Sequence record: MZ501053
Source: Escherichia phage BrunoManser
Strand: one strand, 5' to 3'
DNA: 49,298 nt
The translations under genes were made by a program, and so were the position numbers. This document shows, piece after piece, positions 43,713-49,298 of this stretch. The notes under the pieces were generated by a model, which searched no databases, was not told the DNA's origin, and saw nothing but the letters and a program-made list of their open reading frames with translations. Positions within the stretch are counted from its first letter, which is position 1. Each line of letters begins with the position of its first letter.

Positions 43713-43948
43713 TAATCGTCAACACGGAAACGGGCGAGGTAATGGAAAATTGCGTCGTACTGGACGACAAGCCGAAACGGACGCCGAAGGCGAAGTCCGG
43801 GACTTACAAGAAAGTCGTTTGCAAGGCTCCCGGATGCGGCAATACGTACGAAGCGAAGGTGTCGGATCTTAATCGCGGCTGGGGTATGACGTGCTGCAAA
43901 TCATGCGCCGCCGTAGTTCGCGAACTGAAGAAAAAAGGACGGTGGTAA
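43709..43948 (+). CDS. hypothetical zinc-ribbon protein
   Basis: 79 aa; CKAPGCG...CCKSC four-Cys arrangement. Confidence 0.45.
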   Translation: MIIVNTETGEVMENCVVLDDKPKRTPKAKSGTYKKVVCKAPGCGNTYEAKVSDLNRGWGMTCCKSCAAVVRELKKKGRW

Positions 43949-43949
43949 C

Positions 43950-44162
43950 ATGAAACGATTATCACAATGGGACATTGCAGGAAAGGCTGACGCTGTCGAG
44001 GCGCTATTGTGCGACATTCACCCAAGCGACAGGATCGAGATTATCGCGAGGGCAATGTACAGCATGAACAAATACCACGACGGCGGCACTACCGAAATGC
44101 ACACTTGCGGCTGTCACGATTGGGATTTGACGATGGATTACCGGGAGGTTGGGAAACGATGA
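43950..44162 (+). CDS. hypothetical protein
   Basis: 70 aa, Cys/His-rich C-terminus (HTCGCHDWD). Confidence 0.4.
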   Translation: MKRLSQWDIAGKADAVEALLCDIHPSDRIEIIARAMYSMNKYHDGGTTEMHTCGCHDWDLTMDYREVGKR

Positions 44163-44299
44163 AACTTGAAAGGCGTAACACTGTCGGCGTGGATATGCCG
44201 AACACGAAGGATAAGCGCAAAATTCGCCGGGCGGCGCGTAACATTTCGAAAGAACTGTATTCGTGCGGACAACTTGAGAAGTTAGCCCGCAGATTCTGA
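44159..44299 (+). CDS. hypothetical small basic protein (46 aa)
   Basis: ATGA overlap with upstream stop; in frame with tool ORF 44009-44299, whose upstream part overlaps the preceding gene. Confidence 0.35.
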   Translation: MKLERRNTVGVDMPNTKDKRKIRRAARNISKELYSCGQLEKLARRF

Positions 44300-44300
44300 A

Positions 44301-44315
44301 TAGCACTAATTGCTA
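44301..44315. promoter_or_regulatory. palindrome TAGCA-CTAAT-TGCTA + hairpin module
   Basis: GGGGCTATGCCATAATAGCCC then ACACAAAACGAAAGGAG. Confidence 0.55.
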
Positions 44316-44374
44316 AAAAACATCATCGGGGCTATGCCATAATAGCCCTACACAAAACGAAAGGAGACACATCA

Positions 44375-44689
44375 ATGAAAACTAAATGCGTTTCGAACAA
44401 CACGAATAAGTTTACCATAGGCGGATTTTACGACGTTGTGCGCGTCGGCGAAAAAGACTTCATCGCAGCAGACGACAAAGGCCGGGCGCGTCCATGTATG
44501 CCGATTCACGGCGGCACGTTCTACCGCGTAACCCTCGCAGCCGATCGGGGCGCTGTATTCCAATTGCTGAAGCCGCAAAGCGAAATCGACGAAGCGAAAA
44601 AGCCGTGGTATCGCCGCAAAGAAAACATTGTCCCGGCAATCTTCACCGCCGTGATCCTGTTGGTCGCTACTGTCGCTTACGTGGCGTAA
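44375..44689 (+). CDS. hypothetical tail-anchored membrane protein
   Basis: 104 aa with C-terminal hydrophobic segment IVPAIFTAVILLVATVAYVA; module and RBS upstream. Confidence 0.45.
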   Translation: MKTKCVSNNTNKFTIGGFYDVVRVGEKDFIAADDKGRARPCMPIHGGTFYRVTLAADRGAVFQLLKPQSEIDEAKKPWYRRKENIVPAIFTAVILLVATVAYVA

Positions 44690-44741
44690 TTTTAACGGGG
44701 AATCAGTCGCTGATTGGTTCCCCATGACTTGAGGTTTTACG

Positions 44742-44864
44742 ATGATTGACGCCGGACACTGGAATGAACCGCCTGACTATACGCCTTTATGGTTCCTTTC
44801 CGGGATTTTGGGATTGCTGATTGTACTTAACGTTTTGAAGGGGGCTTTATGGATGGTGATGTGA
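44742..44864 (+). CDS. hypothetical membrane peptide (40 aa)
   Basis: Manual ORF after hairpin and RBS GAGG; hydrophobic core LWFLSGILGLLIVLNVL. Confidence 0.3.
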   Translation: MIDAGHWNEPPDYTPLWFLSGILGLLIVLNVLKGALWMVM

Positions 44865-45067
44865 ACTACGACGATTTAGCGGCGGACGCGGTAGCAGGTA
44901 TGCACCCAAATTCGAAGCGTAGCGCCCACTATCACGGTTTTAAGTATTCACCCTTGCGATTGCTTGACGCGATTTTGCGTCGTCCAGAAGTGATTACAGC
45001 GCGTTTAAGCTGGCATCGTTTTGATAATTTTTGCGTGACTATCGAAGTGAATAGCACTAAAAGCTAA
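44849..45067 (+). CDS. hypothetical protein
   Basis: 72-aa ORF; start overlaps preceding peptide ORF; stop overlaps a module. Confidence 0.35.
   Translation: MDGDVNYDDLAADAVAGMHPNSKRSAHYHGFKYSPLRLLDAILRRPEVITARLSWHRFDNFCVTIEVNSTKS
45052..45066. promoter_or_regulatory. palindrome-like TAGCA-CTAAA-AGCTA module
   Basis: Overlaps stop of ORF 44849-45067; downstream CTATAATG and leader CACCAACAAACGGAG. Confidence 0.45.
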
Positions 45068-45124
45068 AACCTATAATGTGAAATTCGCTATGATTCCCCT
45101 GCACCAACAAACGGAGATTCAACA

Positions 45125-45571
45125 ATGAACAAACTTATCGTGTGCATTCAGGGTGAGGCGGACGGCTTCAAGATGGGCGAAACCGGGCTTTACGGTCACG
45201 AAACCGAAATCAATCCGTACCGGGAATACATTCACACCGACGCGATTATTTGCAAGCCGGGCGATCTGAATCTGATTATGAAGCGCCTTACCCGTTATCA
45301 CTATCAAGTGTACGGCGGGACAGCTACCTATCTGGACGTTACCGCAATCCGCCGCAAGATGAACCGCGCATTCTACAAAGAAGCCATGAACACTTACGGG
45401 ATGTGCAAGCGTGACGCGAAGAAATGGTCGCGGGCTATGGCGGACGGCTACTTCTTCAAATCTGGCTACCCGATCAGCGAGCTAATCGAAACGATGCGCA
45501 TCGACTACGAAAGCGACTTTTCGCAAGCCAGCTTCGACAGCTACGTTATTGAAGAAATTAGCTACTGGTAA
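45125..45571 (+). CDS. hypothetical protein
   Basis: 148 aa; RBS ACGGAG; modules on both sides. Confidence 0.5.
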   Translation: MNKLIVCIQGEADGFKMGETGLYGHETEINPYREYIHTDAIICKPGDLNLIMKRLTRYHYQVYGGTATYLDVTAIRRKMNRAFYKEAMNTYGMCKRDAKKWSRAMADGYFFKSGYPISELIETMRIDYESDFSQASFDSYVIEEISYW

Positions 45572-45572
45572 A

Positions 45573-45587
45573 TAGCACGATTTGCTA
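45573..45587. promoter_or_regulatory. palindrome TAGCA-CGATT-TGCTA + hairpin module
   Basis: GAGGGTATTGCTATATATAGTGTCCTC then leader and RBS AAGGAG. Confidence 0.55.
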
Positions 45588-45657
45588 AAGACTTTCCGCG
45601 AGGGTATTGCTATATATAGTGTCCTCATTGAAAGCGAACAACAAAGGAGTAATACCG

Positions 45658-45720
45658 ATGCGCCAAAACTTCGAAAAGATTGTCGGCAAGCCGAAGAAGT
45701 TCGACGAAGGTTACAAGTGA
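45658..45720 (+). CDS. micro-ORF (20 aa) with strong RBS
   Basis: MRQNFEKIVGKPKKFDEGYK preceded by AAGGAG; first ORF after module at 45573. Confidence 0.25.
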   Translation: MRQNFEKIVGKPKKFDEGYK

Positions 45721-45779
45721 GTTAAGAAGACGCAGAAACGCGGCAAAAATCAGGCTGAAAAATGGGAAGGGTTACGATA

Positions 45780-46322
45780 ATGAAGATTAACGCATACGGA
45801 AGAGAATTTCGCACTAACGCGCCGTCCGGGATGATTTGTATTTTTGATTACGACGGTACTTTGTCAGACGGAACGCACCGCTTGCACCTGCTACCGAAAA
45901 CCGATCTTCACTTAACTGAAAGTTGGAGCGAGTTTAACCGGGCGGCAATCTTCGACACACCGATTACCAACACGATCGCGGTAATGAATGCGATGTATGC
46001 AGCCGGGCATTGTGTAATCATCCTAACCGGGCGAAGCGATGAAGTCGAAAAGGAGTCGCGCGAATGGCTGGCGAACCACAACGCGAAATATGATTTCCTG
46101 ATCATGCGCCGCCACGACGACAACCGGAAGGATACGGTAATCAAAGAAGAGATTTTGCGCGAAATCGGGTTGCATCGCATTTTAGCGGCGTGGGATGATA
46201 GCCCTTCAGTTATTCCACACTTTAGGAATATTGGAATAACAACCTATGCCGTGACCGACTACGGCGACAATGTACATTCACACCTGAAATCACACGGAGT
46301 AGACACACTATGCAAAAAGTAA
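45780..46322 (+). CDS. HAD-superfamily phosphatase (DxDGT motif)
   Basis: N-terminal ICIFDYDGTLSDG matches HAD motif I (DxDGT), as in polynucleotide 3'-phosphatases/nucleotidases; start chosen at ATG with AAGGG RBS. Confidence 0.5.
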   Translation: MKINAYGREFRTNAPSGMICIFDYDGTLSDGTHRLHLLPKTDLHLTESWSEFNRAAIFDTPITNTIAVMNAMYAAGHCVIILTGRSDEVEKESREWLANHNAKYDFLIMRRHDDNRKDTVIKEEILREIGLHRILAAWDDSPSVIPHFRNIGITTYAVTDYGDNVHSHLKSHGVDTLCKK

Positions 46323-46888
46323 TTATTCTTAACGGCTGTCCGGGCATTGGCAAAGATACGATCGGTTGTGTTATCGCTGATATGAACCAGTTAAAAGGCG
46401 TTCGCACGTTGAGCTTTAAAGCGCCGATGTTTGAAATTGCCCGCGCCATTTTGGGCGACGCGAATTACGATTACTTCTTATTCTTGTATAATGACCGACT
46501 TCATAAAGAGAAGCCAGATTCTGTCCTGAATGGTAAAAGCCCGCGCGAGTTCATGATCTGGATTAGCGAAGCAATCATTAAACCTGAGTTCGGAAATGAT
46601 TATTTCGGGCGGCGCATGGTGGAGGCGATTAAGGCAAGCGATACGCCAGCCGTTATTACTGACGGCGGATTCACTGAAGAGACAATCGCACTAATCGAAT
46701 CTGGTATTCAGGTTCATGTTTGCCGACTTCACAGGGGAGGATTCACGTTCGAAGGTGATTCCAGAAGCTATCTTCATTTACCTGTCGGCTGGCATGGCGT
46801 TAACGGGTACACCGAAGAAGACTTCACGTTGCGCGACGGCGACCCGGATTACACCGCAAGCGTCATCACAGGCCGCTATTTGAAATAG
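46310..46888 (+). CDS. P-loop kinase (dNMP kinase / polynucleotide kinase-like)
   Basis: N-terminal Walker A ILNGCPGIGKDT resembles T4 gp1-type dNMP kinase P-loop (GxxxSGKDT); overlaps stop of phosphatase gene. Confidence 0.5.
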   Translation: MQKVIILNGCPGIGKDTIGCVIADMNQLKGVRTLSFKAPMFEIARAILGDANYDYFLFLYNDRLHKEKPDSVLNGKSPREFMIWISEAIIKPEFGNDYFGRRMVEAIKASDTPAVITDGGFTEETIALIESGIQVHVCRLHRGGFTFEGDSRSYLHLPVGWHGVNGYTEEDFTLRDGDPDYTASVITGRYLK

Positions 46889-46900
46889 CACGAATTGCTA
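46886..46900. promoter_or_regulatory. palindrome TAGCA-CGAAT-TGCTA + hairpin module
   Basis: Starts at TAG stop of kinase gene; GGGGTAAGCTGTTATAGTTACCCC then CATCAACAACC. Confidence 0.6.
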
Positions 46901-46961
46901 AAACCGGATCGGGGTAAGCTGTTATAGTTACCCCATCAACAACCAATCATGGAATTACGCT

Positions 46962-47159
46962 ATGAAAATGAAGGCTTTATTTATCTTCGGCTGGGCTTGC
47001 ATCGCATTATCGATTGCGCTTCAGCCTTCCGGCTTCGTTGTTGCCTCCGCAATGTTCCTTGCGTTCTTAGGTGGTCATTTGTTGGGCTGGCGAAATGGTC
47101 GATTAGATGCCGCCGATATGCTTCGAAACGAATTCCGCAAGGGGAGTAAATTACTGTGA
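46962..47159 (+). CDS. hypothetical membrane protein
   Basis: 65 aa with two hydrophobic segments; preferred over overlapping ORF 46949-47149. Confidence 0.45.
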   Translation: MKMKALFIFGWACIALSIALQPSGFVVASAMFLAFLGGHLLGWRNGRLDAADMLRNEFRKGSKLL

Positions 47160-47362
47160 CCGAGCAGAAAAAGATCCGAATCCGCACAACGTATAACGGT
47201 TCGCCGTGGATTAAGGCAACTAAGATTTACGACGCGGAGTTATGCGAAGAAGGTTCGTTTAAAGGTTGTTACAGCTTCAAAGGCGAATTGGGCGCACCAT
47301 GTTACACGCGGCTAAAACATAGCGTACATCTTGCCGGTCAAGATTGGGAGATTGTCGAATAG
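47156..47362 (+). CDS. hypothetical protein
   Basis: 68-aa ORF coupled to previous; probable GTG start. Confidence 0.4.
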   Translation: MTEQKKIRIRTTYNGSPWIKATKIYDAELCEEGSFKGCYSFKGELGAPCYTRLKHSVHLAGQDWEIVE

Positions 47363-47374
47363 CACGAATTGCTA
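47360..47374. promoter_or_regulatory. palindrome TAGCA-CGAAT-TGCTA + hairpin module
   Basis: Starts at TAG stop; AAGGGCATTTGTTAGAATGTCCTT then GAAACAAAGCGAGGAAACG. Confidence 0.55.
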
Positions 47375-47433
47375 AACTTTCCGCAAGGGCATTTGTTAGA
47401 ATGTCCTTATTGAAACAAAGCGAGGAAACGAAA

Positions 47434-47625
47434 ATGATTTGCACCGGAAAAGTTTACTTTGACAAACACGGCAACGAATACGAATTGATTTTCACCGACG
47501 ACGGCGATTTCATGTATGACGGTTGCGATCAGTTTATCGAAGTACGCGAATCAGATTACAGCGAAGGCGCATATTATGATCGCAAAGATGTGCGTCGATT
47601 CTTTACCAAGGAGAAACCGGAATGA
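47434..47625 (+). CDS. hypothetical protein
   Basis: Start set to ATG (MICTGKVYF...) after leader and RBS GAGG. Confidence 0.45.
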   Translation: MICTGKVYFDKHGNEYELIFTDDGDFMYDGCDQFIEVRESDYSEGAYYDRKDVRRFFTKEKPE

Positions 47626-47996
47626 TTCAGATTAACCTTTCAGAGAAGCAAGCCCGCGAATTCTGCGACTTCTGTTTTTCGGTAACTGGCGTACTTGATA
47701 CGCCTATCGCCCGCGAAGTGTTCAAGATCGTAGAGCGTCAATTGCTACCGCATTCAAGCGAACAGGCCGCTTTAGCCGTGTGGCGTTCGGAACGTGTTTT
47801 ACCGAACCTGATCGAAGCGTGGCGACGCAAGAATGAAACGGCGGAAAAGTCATTCGGTCAAGCTGAAATGTTCCGCGATATCATGCCAGCCGAGGCGATG
47901 AAGTATTCGGTTAATGCTGGCGGCGCACTTTATAACGAGATCGTCGGCAAACGCGGAAAGGTTGTATCGGTTAACGGTCGTTCCGGTCGCTTTTAG
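47622..47996 (+). CDS. hypothetical protein
   Basis: 124 aa, overlaps upstream stop. Confidence 0.5.
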   Translation: MIQINLSEKQAREFCDFCFSVTGVLDTPIAREVFKIVERQLLPHSSEQAALAVWRSERVLPNLIEAWRRKNETAEKSFGQAEMFRDIMPAEAMKYSVNAGGALYNEIVGKRGKVVSVNGRSGRF

Positions 47997-48008
47997 CACG
48001 AATTGCTA
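47994..48008. promoter_or_regulatory. palindrome TAGCA-CGAAT-TGCTA + hairpin module
   Basis: Starts at TAG stop; GCGGGGTTGCGATATAGTGACCC then AATCAAAACAAACGGAG. Confidence 0.6.
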
Positions 48009-48067
48009 AACCATTAACGCGGGGTTGCGATATAGTGACCCAATCAAAACAAACGGAGTAAGTAAGA

Positions 48068-48301
48068 ATGTTCGGACTAACTGAAGCGCACTTGAATATT
48101 GTTAAGCGTCGTTGCCGGGAAATGTCTTCCGAGTTGAAAGCGGCTATCGAAGGCGGCGCGAAATACGATCACGTCGCAAAGCGCATAATCGACGAGCACC
48201 ACAAGAAGGACGGAGTTCACACCCTTGTGACGCGACAACAATTCATATGGTTAGCCGGGTATTTTAACGGGCGTTTTGGAAACAAATTTGACTACGAATA
48301 G
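48068..48301 (+). CDS. hypothetical protein
   Basis: 77 aa; module and RBS ACGGAG upstream. Confidence 0.45.
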   Translation: MFGLTEAHLNIVKRRCREMSSELKAAIEGGAKYDHVAKRIIDEHHKKDGVHTLVTRQQFIWLAGYFNGRFGNKFDYE

Positions 48302-48312
48302 GAGATCTAACA

Positions 48313-48516
48313 ATGTCACGCTTCCCGAAGAAAAACGATCAATTACGTTGTATTACGTCACGAAATTGCGACACCTTTTCTCATGGTTGTTTGTACGACG
48401 TGGAGAAGGTAAGCAAGGCTAAACGTCTGGTCTATGTGTACGGCGACGATGGAGACATTCACGAAATCGACTTCCCTCAGGATATAACGAAAGGTCATTT
48501 TGAAATTAACGATTGA
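48313..48516 (+). CDS. hypothetical protein
   Basis: 67 aa; RBS AGGAG. Confidence 0.45.
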   Translation: MSRFPKKNDQLRCITSRNCDTFSHGCLYDVEKVSKAKRLVYVYGDDGDIHEIDFPQDITKGHFEIND

Positions 48517-48679
48517 TCTTCGTCCCTGAACGGTGATAACATTATTTCCGTAGACAAAAGAGGCGCATAGAGCGCAACGCGCATCGCGATAGATGCACTT
48601 TCGTAGTAAGTTCGGTTGGATTGTGGAACCAACGCCGTAGACCCGTACACGGCATCAATTCTAAAAGGAACCTACCTAA

Positions 48680-48841
48680 ATGAAACAAGATATCAAAATC
48701 GAAATCAAAGTCACCCGTAACGGCGAAGTAACCCGCTACAAAAAATCATTAAAACCGGGCGAAGCGGTTATCGGTCGAATCGGTGGCGTTATGCTGAAGG
48801 CGCAAGAAGATGAAGCGATTCACAGTAAATCTACTAATTAA
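48680..48841 (+). CDS. hypothetical small protein (53 aa)
   Basis: Manual ORF MKQDIKIEIKVTRNGEVTRY... after AAGGAA RBS. Confidence 0.3.
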   Translation: MKQDIKIEIKVTRNGEVTRYKKSLKPGEAVIGRIGGVMLKAQEDEAIHSKSTN

Positions 48842-48845
48842 GAAG

Positions 48846-48995
48846 ATGGGGCGACAGTGCAAAACCTGTCGTCAACATTACGAAGCAGAAATCGAAGCGG
48901 GTTCCACTGAAGAAGCTGTCGCAATTGCGAAAGACCAATCAGGCGCGAATCCAGCAACTCACAAATTCAACATTCTATTAGTTAAGGAGATTTAA
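48846..48995 (+). CDS. hypothetical small protein
   Basis: Start at internal ATG of tool ORF 48810-48995 (MGRQCKTCRQ...); CxxC pair. Confidence 0.3.
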   Translation: MGRQCKTCRQHYEAEIEAGSTEEAVAIAKDQSGANPATHKFNILLVKEI

Positions 48996-48997
48996 CA

Positions 48998-49228
48998 ATG
49001 GCTATCGTTCTTTACATTCTGTCGGCAATCGCGATTTTCGGTTTTGGTGCATTTTGTGCGTTCGTTGTTGTAGCCTTCGCGCTTCGCCACGATGCGGAAC
49101 ATAAGGACGGCGTTTGGTTGACCTACGATCGCAAGCGTGACGAATGGGATTGTTTCGGCGACCTGTCGGCGGTATACGCAAAAGCTTACAGTCACCCCAA
49201 GCCGATTAACTTCAAAGTTATCAAATAG
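48998..49228 (+). CDS. hypothetical membrane protein
   Basis: 76 aa; N-terminal hydrophobic region (IVLYILSAIAIFGFGAFCAFVVVAFAL); strong RBS AAGGAG; terminator downstream. Confidence 0.5.
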   Translation: MAIVLYILSAIAIFGFGAFCAFVVVAFALRHDAEHKDGVWLTYDRKRDEWDCFGDLSAVYAKAYSHPKPINFKVIK

Positions 49229-49245
49229 AAAATCAGGTTGAAAAC

Positions 49246-49270
49246 CAACCCGCTTCGGCGGGTTTTTTTG
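49246..49270 (+). terminator. intrinsic terminator at end of rightward early operon
   Basis: AACCCGC-TTCG-GCGGGTT followed by TTTTTT. Confidence 0.7.
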
Positions 49271-49289
49271 TGCCTGTAATATGCTAAAA

Positions 49290-49298
49290 TAGCACGAA
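49290..49298. promoter_or_regulatory. truncated palindrome half (TAGCACGAA) at window end
   Basis: Window ends inside the motif; the rest would lie upstream of base 1 if the molecule is circularly permuted. Confidence 0.4.

Noticed and set aside
46949-47149. Alternative ORF 46949-47149 overlapping 46962-47159
   Set aside because: Its translation is Cys/Arg-rich with no features, whereas the other frame gives a two-TM membrane protein with sensible start context.
41734-48008. The palindromes as a CRISPR-like array
   Set aside because: Units are 15-bp palindromes separated by whole genes (300-600 bp) of varying length, not short uniform spacers; no cas genes.
41734-48008. TTGCTA half-site as an ordinary sigma70 -35 element
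   Set aside because: Spacing to the TATAGT-like hexamers is consistently about 22 bp rather than 16-18 bp; retained only as a possible activator-dependent arrangement.

Overview
This window reads as a near-complete ~49.3 kb genome of a virulent T1-like siphovirus (Drexlerviridae-type layout), judged from gene order and motifs only; no database search was possible. Bases 1-21030 (+ strand) hold the late structural operon: terminase small/large subunits, portal, head morphogenesis, scaffold-like protein, two paralogous head proteins, major capsid, neck proteins, major tail protein, frameshifted tail chaperones, tape measure, lambda-like M/L/K/I tip proteins and a 1140-aa J-like central fibre, followed by two AT-richer genes of unknown function. 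A Cor-like lipoprotein gene lies on the - strand at 21062-21289. The middle region (21.8-35 kb) carries recombination genes (exonuclease, ERF, SSB), a - strand tail fibre with a C-terminal S74-type chaperone domain, primase, helicase, VRR-NUC nuclease, a Dam-like methyltransferase, an HTH-metallophosphoesterase and a lysis cassette (holin, SAR endolysin, u-spanin). A leftward operon (40462 down to 34859) and a rightward early operon (41146-49228) of small unknown genes diverge from a 683-bp repeat-rich control region. No integrase, repressor, tRNA, CRISPR array or IS element was seen. The most striking feature is a regulatory module present about 25 times: a 15-bp palindrome TAGCA-N5-TGCTA (often using the upstream gene's TAG stop codon), then a hairpin with a TATAGT/TATAAT-like hexamer, then a conserved leader (CATCAACAACGAAA) and RBS. 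Manually derived coordinates may be off by 1-2 bp.
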